Shown here: piece after piece, positions 41,206-50,696 of the stretch
Numbering within the stretch: the stretch's first letter is position 1
How the letters are laid out: each line of letters opens with the position of its first letter
Assembly (NCBI GenBank): GCA_963730935.1
Contig: CAVSTP010000002.1
Span: forward strand, 96,001 to 160,000
Source: an uncultured Nitrospiraceae bacterium
Lineage (GTDB): Bacteria > Nitrospirota > Nitrospiria > Nitrospirales > Nitrospiraceae
DNA length: 64,000 nucleotides
Reading direction: 5' to 3'
The notes under the pieces: model-generated
The model's database searches: none
Told to the model about the DNA's origin: nothing
What the model saw: the letters and a program-made list of their open reading frames with translations, nothing else
Made by a program: the position numbers and the translations under genes

Positions 41206-42213
41206 ATGCAAATGTCCCCGTTCCTGCATAGGAAAGTGCTGGTCGCCCTGTTGGCTGCGGCCATCGCTGTGGTCGTGTTGCCGGAGTTCACTGCCTCCGC
41301 GGCATCGACCATCTATTATTGTCCCGATAGAAAGGGAGATCAGCAGTATTCGGCGCAATCAGGGCCCGGCTGCACACCGCTCGTGGACAAGAAAACAGAG
41401 CGGGTGGAAGGCATGCCCCAGCGACATTTTCAACCAGACAACCTTCAGCAGGATGTTTCAGCGTTTCTCACCCGCTATAAGAAATTTCTCGAGTGCTGCA
41501 AGACAGACTTGAATGAAGTTCGCGAACTCGAGGAGATGGCCGACGAACTCGACCAGTTGCTGGCCTCGGCCCAAGCCAACCTGTCGAACTATTCGCTCGC
41601 CTCGAGGGGGATCATGCTTCGAGAGCTTATTCCCAGAGTCGCCAGAGCCAGAAGTGATCTCAAAGTCCTGCATGCCCGGCTCGAAAAGATCAACGAGCTC
41701 TCCAGCCGGCGCGATCAACTTGACTTCGAAGATGCAGGACGGGACGCTCAAACAATTCGTGACTTGCAGGAGTCGATCGAGCGAGATATTCGCGCTCCCA
41801 AATTGCCGGGAAGCGCGAAAACGGGAACCGGCATCGGCGCGGCTCCCGCTGCCGGGCCGGCAATTGGTCGAAGCCCCAAGACGGGAACGGAGATCGGACA
41901 AGAAGGCGTCACAGGTCACAACATCGGCGCGACGCCGCGAAACAGCCGGGACATCGGGGGCAGCGGACTCTCAGGATTCGAGATCGGGGCGACGGACCGA
42001 GCTGGCCCTGCCATCGGAGAGTCGACACTCAACGAGGAGACTTCTTCCAGCGTAAGCTCAACGCTTCAGCGATCGACGGTCGGATCCAGCATTTCCGATT
42101 CGAGCGTTGGCTCCAGCATGAATTCCTCGACTGTCGGCTCGAGCATGCAGGATACATCAGTGGGATCGTCGTTGGGCGGGTCGTCGGTCGGCTCGAGCAT
42201 GCCAAGCCGTTAA
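41206..42213 (+). CDS. Secreted hypothetical protein with a helical region and C-terminal Gly/Ser-rich tandem repeats
   Basis: Signal-like N-terminus; TTGACA at 41171 upstream; decapeptide and nonapeptide repeats in the last third. Confidence 0.8.
   Translation: MQMSPFLHRKVLVALLAAAIAVVVLPEFTASAASTIYYCPDRKGDQQYSAQSGPGCTPLVDKKTERVEGMPQRHFQPDNLQQDVSAFLTRYKKFLECCKTDLNEVRELEEMADELDQLLASAQANLSNYSLASRGIMLRELIPRVARARSDLKVLHARLEKINELSSRRDQLDFEDAGRDAQTIRDLQESIERDIRAPKLPGSAKTGTGIGAAPAAGPAIGRSPKTGTEIGQEGVTGHNIGATPRNSRDIGGSGLSGFEIGATDRAGPAIGESTLNEETSSSVSSTLQRSTVGSSISDSSVGSSMNSSTVGSSMQDTSVGSSLGGSSVGSSMPSR
41818..42210 (+). repeat. Coding tandem repeats: 7 x 10 aa (xxGxxIGxxx), then about 6 x 9 aa (S[ST]VGSSxxx)
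   Basis: KTGTGIGAAP/AAGPAIGRSP/KTGTEIGQEG/VTGHNIGATP/RNSRDIGGSG/LSGFEIGATD/RAGPAIGEST, then STVGSSISD/SSVGSSMNS/STVGSSMQD/TSVGSSLGG/SSVGSSMPS. Confidence 0.85.
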
Positions 42214-42252
42214 CAGTCTTCCTTCCGAACGAAGTAACTTCCTCCCTTGGGA

Positions 42253-43317
42253 TCAGCCCGCCGCGTTGTGCGCAACTGCCGGCATCGGCTCCCAGGTCTC
42301 CCCGCCATTGCGGCTTAGATAGAGGCCGCTGCCGTTCGTGCCTGCGTAGAACACCTCCGGATCCGTAGCACTCTGAGCAATCGACCGAATGTTGGTGCTG
42401 GCAAATCCTTTATTCTGCGTTCTCCAGGTCATCCCTCCGTCATCACTTCGGTGCACGCCGTCTCGCCCCGTGATATAGATGACGCCCTTTCTGCTCCGGT
42501 CCAAAATCATGGCCATGATCATCTGATCGGAGAGCGATTCCCCGATCCTCACCCACGACTTCGCCCCGTCTGTGGTTTTGAAGAGGCCCGCGAGGGTTGC
42601 AGCGTAGACGGTTTCAGGCTCGAACGAATCGACGTGGATGGACGTGACGTTCAAAGCGCGGGAGCTCTTGATGATTTCAGGCGGTACCAATCCGTTATTG
42701 ACCTTTTCCCAATGCCCGCCTTCGTTTACCGTCTTGTAGACGCCTCCGCTGGTGCCTGCGTAGAGAATGGCCGGCCGTGTCGGGTCCATGGCGAGGGTCA
42801 CGACCATGAGCACTTCCTTCATCCCTTCCATCCTCTTGCTCCAACTTCCGCCGCCGCTCTTCGTCTCGAAAATCCCCATCGTCGTTGCCACGAATATATG
42901 ATTGCTATCGTACGGATCAAACACGAACTGATTGACGACCGAAGAAATGGTCGCATCGTCCAATCCGGTGCGCATGGAGGCCCATCGCTGTCCGCCGTCA
43001 TAGCTCTTGTAGACCGCGTCGCCCTTCGTCCCCGCGTACACGGTGGCCGGATACGAAGGATCGACCGCCATGGCGATCACACGGGAATGACTCATTCCCT
43101 TCGAGATGTTAGTCCATGTTCGCCCGCCATCCCGCGACTTATAGATGTAATCGTTGGTGGTCACGTACAAGATGTCCGGATTTTTAGGATGGAGTTGAAT
43201 GACGACGATCGGCTCGCTGCGATCGCACCCGAGCAGACCAAGCTGGAGGACCAGGAACCCGACAACGGCCCATCGCGTCATCCACTCACGGCGTCGATGG
43301 ATGCCGTCGCCATTCAT
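42253..43317 (-). CDS. BNR/Asp-box repeat beta-propeller lipoprotein (YCF48-like)
   Basis: Repeated S/T-x-D-G-G-x-[TS]-W motifs; LLGC lipobox. Confidence 0.85.
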   Translation of the reverse strand: MNGDGIHRRREWMTRWAVVGFLVLQLGLLGCDRSEPIVVIQLHPKNPDILYVTTNDYIYKSRDGGRTWTNISKGMSHSRVIAMAVDPSYPATVYAGTKGDAVYKSYDGGQRWASMRTGLDDATISSVVNQFVFDPYDSNHIFVATTMGIFETKSGGGSWSKRMEGMKEVLMVVTLAMDPTRPAILYAGTSGGVYKTVNEGGHWEKVNNGLVPPEIIKSSRALNVTSIHVDSFEPETVYAATLAGLFKTTDGAKSWVRIGESLSDQMIMAMILDRSRKGVIYITGRDGVHRSDDGGMTWRTQNKGFASTNIRSIAQSATDPEVFYAGTNGSGLYLSRNGGETWEPMPAVAHNAAG

Positions 43318-43811
43318 CGATAATTGATAAACTGCAAGTCGATGCCGAAGTCCTTCCCTCGCAGAAAGGCGATCGCCGATTGCAGTTCGTCCTTGCTCTT
43401 GCTCAAGATCCGTACCTGCTCGCCTTGGATTTGGGCCTGCACCTTTAACTTTGAATCCTTGATCCCCTTCGCAATCTCTTTCGCTTTCTCTGTGGCCAGA
43501 CCGCTCTGAATCTTTGCCACCTGCCGCACGGTGCCGCTCAGTGCGGGCTCAATGGCCCCGTGGTTAAACGCTTTCAACGAAACGCCGCGTTTCACGCATT
43601 TCGCCTTGATGATCTCTTGCACTGCGTTCAACTTGTACTCGTCGTCCGACAGGACGACCAATTCCTTCTCTTTCTCTTTCAAGCTGATGTCGGTCTTTGA
43701 GTTCTTAAAATCAAATCGCTGCTTAATTTCCTTGGTTGCCTGATCAAGCGCGTTCTTCAATTCCTGCATATTCACTTCCGACACGATATCGAACGAAAAT
43801 TGGTCAGCCAT
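43314..43811 (-). CDS. yajQ: YajQ family nucleotide/c-di-GMP-binding protein
   Basis: SFDIVSEV..QEL.NA.DQ..KEI..RFDFK; VQAQIQGEQVR; QFINYR. Confidence 0.95.
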   Translation of the reverse strand: MADQFSFDIVSEVNMQELKNALDQATKEIKQRFDFKNSKTDISLKEKEKELVVLSDDEYKLNAVQEIIKAKCVKRGVSLKAFNHGAIEPALSGTVRQVAKIQSGLATEKAKEIAKGIKDSKLKVQAQIQGEQVRILSKSKDELQSAIAFLRGKDFGIDLQFINYR

Positions 43812-43835
43812 ATCACACCTCCGCTCTGTTCCGGT

Positions 43836-45839
43836 TCAGCAACAACCTGTGCCGTGCGGCAGCCGGAAGCCGTCGTCGTCCTGTGTGACCGTCGCGTGCA
43901 GATTTCCAGCCGACCCGCCTCCGGCCATGACGACAATCTCAGTGCTGGTAAACGGCCTTTTTTGGATGAGATATCCGTACCATTGCCTCATGCTGTCGCT
44001 CAAGACCACCAATCCCAGAATCGCAACGATCGCCACTAACGCGGCATCGAGATACAGGGCGAGCGCTTGACCGGCGGTGAAGGTTCCGGCCGCTGCCACG
44101 AACATTCGGAACATTTCATAGGAGCCGGTGAGCGTAATCACGCCGACAAAGAGCATGGGCAGCGCCGTAATCCAGAGATACTGGGATTTTCGCATCTTGA
44201 TCAGCACAGTCGTGCCGATACAGAGAGCGAGCGTCCCCAACAGTTGGTTAGCTGCGCCGAACATCGGCCAGATTGTGGAAATGCTGCCCGTCGCAATCAG
44301 GGAAGCCCAGCCCCCGACGACGACGCCGCTGCTGAGCAACACTCCTGGCAGCCAATTCAATTGGCGGAACGATGGAGATACGCGCCCTGCCATTTCCTGA
44401 ATCAGGTACCGTGCAACGCGGGTCCCAGTATCGATGGTGGTCAAAATGAACAACGCCTCGAACAGAAGCGCAAACTGGTACCAATAGGCCATTAGCCCCG
44501 CCATTCCGGGCAACGCCGAAAAGATCGAGGCCATTCCTACCGCAAGGGAAACAGCACCGCCGGGCCGGCCGGCGACTTCGACCTCAACCAGCCGAGAAAG
44601 TTCGGCGATTCGGAACGGCGGGAAACCCATTGCCGCGAGCGCATCGGACGACAATGTCGTATTGATGGAGAAATAGTCCCCTGGCAAGAGCACCGTGGCT
44701 GCAACCAAAGCCATCACTCCCACGAAGCTTTCGAGGAGCATGGCCGCATAGCCTACGAGTGCCTGTGATTCCTGCTCAATCATTTTCGGCGTGGTGCCGG
44801 AAGAGACTAAGGCGTGGAAACCTGAGACGGCTCCACAGGCGATGGTAATAAAGAGAAATGGGAATACGGTGCCCGGAATGATCGGGCCTCCGCCGTCCAC
44901 AAACGTCGTCATGCGGGGCATTTGGACAGTTGGCGCCAGCGCGATGACGCCGAATCCGAGAAGGATCACGACGCCAAGCTTCATAAAGGTCGAAAGGTAC
45001 CCGCGGGGCACCAAGAGCATCCAGCCGGGTAACACAGAGGCGAGAAAGCCGTAGCCGGCCAGCAGCCAGACCAATGTCGATCGCTCGTACTCGAACCAGG
45101 ATGCATACGAAGACTGAGCCACGACACGGCCCAGCAGCACGGCGATGATCAACAATGCCACGCCAAGGAACGAGACCTCCGCAACGGCACCTGGACGGAA
45201 CTTCTGAAGATAGAACCCCATGACGAAACCGATAGGGATCGTCATCGCGATGGTGAACGTTCCCCACGCATTGTGGTAGAGCGCGTTGACAACGGCAAAC
45301 CCGAGTCCCGCAAGCGCCACGACGACAATAAAGAGGACAGCCAAAGCGGTCGCCGTGCCTGTCACGACGCCCAACTCGTCGCGGGCGATTTCCGGAAGTG
45401 ATCGCCCATTCCGTCGCATCGACGCCACGAGGATGACCAAATCCTGCACCGCTCCCGCCATCACCGCGCCGATCACCAACCAGAGAAACCCGGGGAGAAA
45501 TCCGAATTGCGCCGCCAGGACCGGTCCGAGTAAGGGGCCGGCTCCCGCGATAGCCGCAAAGTGGTGGCCGAAGAGGACGACGCTATTCGTGGGATGGAAA
45601 TTCACGCCGTCGTTCAAACGCACGGCGGGAGTAATACGTTGATTATTGAGTTCGATGACTCTCGAAGCGATCCATCGACCGTAGAAGCGATAGGCCAGTA
45701 CATACAGGCATGCTGCAGCGACAACCAGCCACAGCGCATTCACCTGTTCATGAGGAGACACGAGACCGGCGACAATGGCAAGTGCGCCGGCACCAAGAAG
45801 AGCCACGAATCCCCAACACAGGAGCTTGAGTGCCGACAT
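43836..45839 (-). CDS. cstA: Carbon starvation protein A family transporter
   Basis: FGHHFAAIAGAGPL.GP, ITIACGAVSGFH, SSGTTPK, FEALFILTT.D.GTR. Confidence 0.95.
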   Translation of the reverse strand: MSALKLLCWGFVALLGAGALAIVAGLVSPHEQVNALWLVVAAACLYVLAYRFYGRWIASRVIELNNQRITPAVRLNDGVNFHPTNSVVLFGHHFAAIAGAGPLLGPVLAAQFGFLPGFLWLVIGAVMAGAVQDLVILVASMRRNGRSLPEIARDELGVVTGTATALAVLFIVVVALAGLGFAVVNALYHNAWGTFTIAMTIPIGFVMGFYLQKFRPGAVAEVSFLGVALLIIAVLLGRVVAQSSYASWFEYERSTLVWLLAGYGFLASVLPGWMLLVPRGYLSTFMKLGVVILLGFGVIALAPTVQMPRMTTFVDGGGPIIPGTVFPFLFITIACGAVSGFHALVSSGTTPKMIEQESQALVGYAAMLLESFVGVMALVAATVLLPGDYFSINTTLSSDALAAMGFPPFRIAELSRLVEVEVAGRPGGAVSLAVGMASIFSALPGMAGLMAYWYQFALLFEALFILTTIDTGTRVARYLIQEMAGRVSPSFRQLNWLPGVLLSSGVVVGGWASLIATGSISTIWPMFGAANQLLGTLALCIGTTVLIKMRKSQYLWITALPMLFVGVITLTGSYEMFRMFVAAAGTFTAGQALALYLDAALVAIVAILGLVVLSDSMRQWYGYLIQKRPFTSTEIVVMAGGGSAGNLHATVTQDDDGFRLPHGTGCC

Positions 45840-46047
45840 GGCGAGCCATCCTAGCACAAAGCAGGGTTCGGAGCCTGCGGCTCGGTTCTCCTCCTCTCCA
45901 CGAGAAGTCTGGGGGCCAATGTCCTGATCCGAGTCAGCAACGAAGGACAGATAATTTTCCGCGGCGCCACGTCGAGTGGGGTGAGTTAGATGGGATACAT
46001 GAAGACATTCGACTGTGGTTTAGCTCCTGACGCATCCCTCTGACGGG

Positions 46048-46084
46048 GGAGGAAATTCTCGGCAAGAGGCGGGAATTTTCCGCC
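46048..46084 (+). promoter_or_regulatory. Candidate tandem enhancer (UAS) sites for a sigma54 activator
   Basis: Inverted repeat GGCGGGAATTTTCCGCC (46068-46084) plus degenerate copy GGAGGAAATTCTCGGCA 20 bp upstream; about 120-150 bp before a -24/-12 element. Confidence 0.45.
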
Positions 46085-46200
46085 AGTTTCGTTACCGGGT
46101 GGTCCTGCGATTTCGCTGGATACTTTTCGTCACAAGGCCTTTCGATAGGAAACTGCATTGGATCAAGCACTTCGAGCACCCCTTCTTTGTAGGTATTTCT

Positions 46201-46217
46201 CTGGCCCTGGCATTGCA
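46201..46217 (+). promoter_or_regulatory. Sigma54 -24/-12 promoter CTGGCCCTGGCATTGCA
   Basis: TGGC-N7-TTGCA with exact GG-N10-GC spacing (GG 46203-46204, GC 46215-46216). Confidence 0.6.
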
Positions 46218-46259
46218 GACCATCAGGGCATGCTCACGCAGCTCAAAAGGAGATACAAC

Positions 46260-46370
46260 ATGTCACCTTTGATGTTGATGCTAGTTCTCAGCCTGGTCCC
46301 CTTTCCCGTTCTCGCGATCGCCATCCTTGCCGATCGCTGGTTAAAGGCGACGCAAAAGACAGTGTCTTGA
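46260..46370 (+). CDS. Small single-TM membrane protein (36 aa)
   Basis: AGGAGA RBS 6 nt before the ATG; MSPLMLMLVLSLVPFPVLAIAILADRWLKATQKTVS. Confidence 0.6.
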   Translation: MSPLMLMLVLSLVPFPVLAIAILADRWLKATQKTVS

Positions 46371-46405
46371 CGGTCTGACTCCTCTCTTGTCGATTCACTC
46401 AAGGA

Positions 46406-46744
46406 ATGACGGAGGGATCGATGACGGCCCGACGCCGACAATTCCGTATGCCGGTTTCTCGGTGTGGTCTCGTGACAAGAGATCGCACCACCACGCTCTG
46501 CGAGATCCTGGACATCACCGATCAGGGCCTGCATTTCTCCACAGATCTGCTCCTCTCCGAGAATGACACGGTCCGAATCGAGTGCCAACTGGATGCCGAC
46601 TGCATCATGCAATGCGGGTTGGTCATCACGCATGCAGAACCTCCTCGCTTCGGCGGGCGAATGACGCACCTGCTCCCGGAACACCAGCAACAGCTAGCGT
46701 TGTTTATACAACGATTGATCACCTCCAGTATGGCGGGGTTGTAA
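46406..46744 (+). CDS. Single-domain PilZ protein
   Basis: RRQFR (RxxxR) and DITDQG motifs. Confidence 0.8.
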   Translation: MTEGSMTARRRQFRMPVSRCGLVTRDRTTTLCEILDITDQGLHFSTDLLLSENDTVRIECQLDADCIMQCGLVITHAEPPRFGGRMTHLLPEHQQQLALFIQRLITSSMAGL

Positions 46745-46746
46745 GG

Positions 46747-47805
46747 ATGCTCTCCTCACCTTCGGATCCGGCGCAGGCCAAAGACCCCTCATCCCAAGTC
46801 GTTCCCATCCTCTGTCTCCTCGGAGTGGTCGCATTGCTCAGTTCGATCACCCCGACCACGAAATATGTGTTTCAGCATAGCAGCCTTACCTTCCTCTCAA
46901 TCGCAAGCGGACGGATTGTCATTGGCTTCCTGTTCCTCGCGGCAGTGACGGCCTGTTTGGATTGGCAAGGATTGCGCTCGCTCAGCATCGCCGATGGGGC
47001 ACGGTTTGGCGTTCTGGGCCTCCTCGGCGTCGGATCCTACATCGTCGCCGCGTACGGACTGTTGTACACCGACGTCACGCACTACGCGTTGATCTATAGT
47101 CTCCTCCCCACATTTACCGCATTTTTCAGCTGGTGCCTCTCGAAGGACAGCCTGAACTGCGCCAGCCTGTTCGGCATCGTGCTCTCCTGGACCGGCTGTC
47201 TGGTGGCGTTGGTCCCCAACCTACAAACGGGATCCATTGAATTCGGATCAGGAGACCCCCTCGTCCTACTGTTCACGTTCATGATGGCGGCTCACCTTGT
47301 TCTCAGCATGCACATCGTGAGACGACATGGCGTCCTCACCGCCAATACTGCGATGTTCGGAATCACAGCGGTCTTCATATCGGGGGGCACGGTCGCATGG
47401 GACGAGCCGACGTCACCAGGGGATCTTTCCTGGACTGTCTGGGGCTCCGTGCTCTTCATCGGGCTAGGGACCGCCAGCGTGTTCCTACTGCGTTGTTGGT
47501 CCTTACAGTCCCTGACGCCTGCGACCGTAGGTGCCTATCACAATCTTATTCCGATCTGCACCATCGCGATTGCCCATTTGTCGTTGGGTGAACCTGTGAC
47601 CACCCAGACGATGACGGGGGCGCTGGCCGTCCTGCTGGGGACCGAACTCGTGCGGCGCAAACCGGCGTGGTCTGCTTTGTCTGCTCACAAGAGATTCTTG
47701 GGCCTAGCGTTCGCAGCCGGAAGGTCTTCAATCGCTTGGGGCGCATTGAGGAAGGCGGAGGCGGAGACTCATCGATTTCGCCCCTCGAAGGGGGGATACA
47801 TTTGA
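46747..47805 (+). CDS. DMT/EamA family transporter
   Basis: About ten TM helices in two EamA repeats; P.FT...S...KD and P...I..A...LGE motifs. Confidence 0.85.
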   Translation: MLSSPSDPAQAKDPSSQVVPILCLLGVVALLSSITPTTKYVFQHSSLTFLSIASGRIVIGFLFLAAVTACLDWQGLRSLSIADGARFGVLGLLGVGSYIVAAYGLLYTDVTHYALIYSLLPTFTAFFSWCLSKDSLNCASLFGIVLSWTGCLVALVPNLQTGSIEFGSGDPLVLLFTFMMAAHLVLSMHIVRRHGVLTANTAMFGITAVFISGGTVAWDEPTSPGDLSWTVWGSVLFIGLGTASVFLLRCWSLQSLTPATVGAYHNLIPICTIAIAHLSLGEPVTTQTMTGALAVLLGTELVRRKPAWSALSAHKRFLGLAFAAGRSSIAWGALRKAEAETHRFRPSKGGYI

Positions 47806-47832
47806 TCGGCTGCAGCACAGTACACTGGCCAC

Positions 47833-48198
47833 ATGGATGACATCAGGGCATACCATCGAGGTCTCTACCGCCTGTCGTTAACGTATCCCGCCATGTACTG
47901 CATCACGTCGACCGTCGGAGAAGGAACGATCACCAACCTGTCGGCCATGGGATGCTCGATCGAAACGGACGAGCCGCTCCCCACACAGCAGCACGTGGCG
48001 CTTCGCCTGCTCCTTCCCGACAAAACAGAATCCTTGGCAATCGACGAAGCCGAAGTCAAATGGGTCAAGGGCACGCGCGCCGGCGTCGAATTCATTCAAG
48101 TGGAGCGGAAAGCCAACTTACGCTTGCATTCCTTCGTTTGGGACAAGATGATCGAGCGGATTCAGCAGCTTCAACAACAGCGCGCCGCCTTATCCTAG
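47833..48198 (+). CDS. Single-domain PilZ protein
   Basis: RGLYR and NLSAMG motifs; VKW...GVEF. Confidence 0.85.
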   Translation: MDDIRAYHRGLYRLSLTYPAMYCITSTVGEGTITNLSAMGCSIETDEPLPTQQHVALRLLLPDKTESLAIDEAEVKWVKGTRAGVEFIQVERKANLRLHSFVWDKMIERIQQLQQQRAALS

Positions 48199-49200
48199 TT
48201 TTGGAGCGTCTCGCTTTTGTCCTCTTCCCATCGCCGCCAAGCAAAGCAGTCCGATTCCGATCCAGACTAGTTCTCGGAAACGCCGCAAGAGCGCGAAGGT
48301 AATCCCCGTGACGTCCGAATACCCGAAGGCCTTCAGCAACAATAAATTGCCTCCGTCCTGCGTGCCCAGACTCCCCGGGATAAAAAAAGTTCCGCCTTTG
48401 ATGAACACCGACAGCGCGCCGATGGAAATCGCGGACAATAGCGAGGCTGGACCTCCCAAATACAAAATGATCACATACACTTCCACGGCTTCCGCCAGCC
48501 ATCCCAGAAGGTAGAGCGCCGTGGCCGCGTAGAAGGCCGACCGATGGTGCATGTAGAAATTGAGGATGATCCCGTCCAGCGACCGCAATTTCTCCTCGCG
48601 GCTCTCGAGAAAGGCCACATGCAGACCGAGCCCGCGCAGCGTCCGGAGGATCCACATGAACAGCCCACGCTTCTGCACGAAAATGAAGGCTGCAACTCCG
48701 AATAACAGCAAGGCGACAGAAAGGAGGCTGGCTGCCGCAACTTGGCCGGATGATCCTTCCGCGCCCAGCATCCAGAACGCCAGCGCAATCCCCACCAGGA
48801 TGAATAGCACCTGGGCAAGCGTCATGATGGTCTTGGCGATCACGACTGATGCGAGTCCTTCGACCATCGGGATCTGGTGTCGCTGGAGAAAATAGGCCTT
48901 GAGCGGCTCACCGCCGACATACGCGGTGGGGGTCGTCATATTGACCACTTCGCCGGCCGTCCTGATTGCAAGAATCTTCCAGAAGGCAATGCCGTGTGCC
49001 GCTGAGCCTAGCGTGAGCTTCCACCCATAGGCTTCGAACACATACATCAGCAGCGAAGGGATCAATATGACGAGGAGCGCACCGGAACCGACTTGGGTGG
49101 CCGCTTCATAAATTTTACCTGGACCGATGTGCCAAACGAGGAGAGTGAGGGTGAGGAAACCGAGAGCCAATAGAAGATAACGCCACACGCTATGAGGCAA
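48190..49200 (-). CDS. Lysylphosphatidylglycerol-synthase TM-domain (UPF0104, flippase-like) membrane protein
   Basis: N..TP.AYVGGEPLKAY; PGSLGTQDG; LLRR; multiple TM helices. Confidence 0.85.
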   Translation of the reverse strand: MPHSVWRYLLLALGFLTLTLLVWHIGPGKIYEAATQVGSGALLVILIPSLLMYVFEAYGWKLTLGSAAHGIAFWKILAIRTAGEVVNMTTPTAYVGGEPLKAYFLQRHQIPMVEGLASVVIAKTIMTLAQVLFILVGIALAFWMLGAEGSSGQVAAASLLSVALLLFGVAAFIFVQKRGLFMWILRTLRGLGLHVAFLESREEKLRSLDGIILNFYMHHRSAFYAATALYLLGWLAEAVEVYVIILYLGGPASLLSAISIGALSVFIKGGTFFIPGSLGTQDGGNLLLLKAFGYSDVTGITFALLRRFRELVWIGIGLLCLAAMGRGQKRDAPKLG

Positions 49201-49277
49201 GACGAAGTGGGACGAGCAAGGTTTGTGGCGACCAGACGGGAACGCTATGGCGGCGCATGACTTTCACTCCCAACCGA

Positions 49278-50672
49278 TCACGCAGACGGTCTGGTTGCAA
49301 TCGCGGCCGGCCGGATGATCCAAATCATGACTCCGGCGAATGCGAGCGACCCGATTGCGGCCAGCCACAGAAATGCTTCGAGCTTCCCGAGGAGGGCAAA
49401 CAGGAACACGACGACGGAAAAATCCCTGGTGGCGACGTTCTTCAACATGAAATCCGACCAAGCCGCATGCAACGGTGTTTTCCATTCACTGGCCGTCTTG
49501 ATTTTTTGAGCCCTGTTGATCAACAAAAACGACAGAGCGTTACCGCAAATGGCAGCAGCTCCGAGAGCAAGTGGGATCCAGGCGTGATCACCGCCGGCCG
49601 CCTCCCGATAGGCCCCGATGGAGATTCCACCGAAGATGGCCATGTGCACGACATTATCAAGTGCGAGATCCAACCATGCACCAAATGCAGACTCGGTGAA
49701 CGTCAAACGGGCGACTTCCCCGTCGCTACAGTCAATGATCGCCGCCAGTTGGAACAGCAGTGCCGCACCAAGACCAGCGGCATATGTCCCGAAGGCAAAC
49801 CCTGCCGCGGCGACAAGACCGATCACGGTGGCCAGGATCGTAATGGCGTTCGGCGACCAGCCGAGCGCAAGAAACGCTCGCGTACACCACCGCGATAATT
49901 TCCGATTGAAGTAACGATCGACGACGCCTTCGAACTCCCCTTTCAGCGACGAATATAAGCGACGCTCGGCCTGGCGTAAATCGGCGTTGGTGAGGACCGG
50001 CTGATACCAGCGGGATGAATCGTCGTCTCTCGTCGTCAGCAGGCGCACACGGCCATCTACAGCGGCTCGCTCCAGCCACCTGGCAATCGGCACCGTGTCA
50101 AACTCGGCCGCCAATCGTCCGACGGCGCTCAGCTCCGACGCCGGCATCACCATCACGTCCGCGATTGCGCCGATGCCGCCTGACCTCCATGCACGCGCCA
50201 CTGCCTCCGAACCGGTGTCTTCGGTGGTCGGCAGTCCCACGACAATCGCCTGGCCAGCACGGACATCGCGGCGCAATTCTTCGATCAGGGACCGGGGAAA
50301 CACTGTGCCGACCCCCGACACCAGGCAAGCCCCCCGCACTTCAGCGGCGAGCGATTCCCAGGTTCGGGGATCGTCCAAGGGGAATTCTCGGATTGGCATC
50401 CACCGCACGGGCACCGTCACGCGCGGTCCTTTGTGAAGCGCCTGCTTCAGTTGCTCTTCCTCCGGTCCGGAAAGGACGATCAGTTGCCTGATTCCGGCCC
50501 GCTGGAGCGTGAGGATGGTCCGCTGAAAGAGACTTACGCCTACGATCGGAGTGAGCGGCCCGACCGCCTTCCGCACGGGGGCGCCGAAAAGATCAATGGA
50601 GGGGAGCAATACAGCCGTTGATAGCCCTTGGAGTTCCGTGCCCTTGTCTAAGGTCGGTTCATTCATCGACAT
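49278..50672 (-). CDS. Degenerate nucleotidyltransferase-like domain fused to a CDP-alcohol phosphotransferase
   Basis: Intact DCSDGEVAR-x8-G-x3-D-x3-D motif; DRYFNRKLS..SPNAIT; N-terminal GVSLFQRTI..L..AGI. Confidence 0.85.
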   Translation of the reverse strand: MSMNEPTLDKGTELQGLSTAVLLPSIDLFGAPVRKAVGPLTPIVGVSLFQRTILTLQRAGIRQLIVLSGPEEEQLKQALHKGPRVTVPVRWMPIREFPLDDPRTWESLAAEVRGACLVSGVGTVFPRSLIEELRRDVRAGQAIVVGLPTTEDTGSEAVARAWRSGGIGAIADVMVMPASELSAVGRLAAEFDTVPIARWLERAAVDGRVRLLTTRDDDSSRWYQPVLTNADLRQAERRLYSSLKGEFEGVVDRYFNRKLSRWCTRAFLALGWSPNAITILATVIGLVAAAGFAFGTYAAGLGAALLFQLAAIIDCSDGEVARLTFTESAFGAWLDLALDNVVHMAIFGGISIGAYREAAGGDHAWIPLALGAAAICGNALSFLLINRAQKIKTASEWKTPLHAAWSDFMLKNVATRDFSVVVFLFALLGKLEAFLWLAAIGSLAFAGVMIWIIRPAAIATRPSA

Positions 50673-50696
50673 ACGCCTTATCGCGCGACACTCACC

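Noticed and set aside
41818..42210. CRISPR array or DNA-level tandem repeat
   Set aside because: Periodicity is at the protein level with diverged codons; there are no identical repeats with spacers and no cas genes
43836..43838. Selenocysteine read-through of the cstA TGA after Cys-Cys
   Set aside because: The vicinal pair is already Cys-Cys, no convincing SECIS hairpin follows, and the yajQ RBS lies immediately downstream
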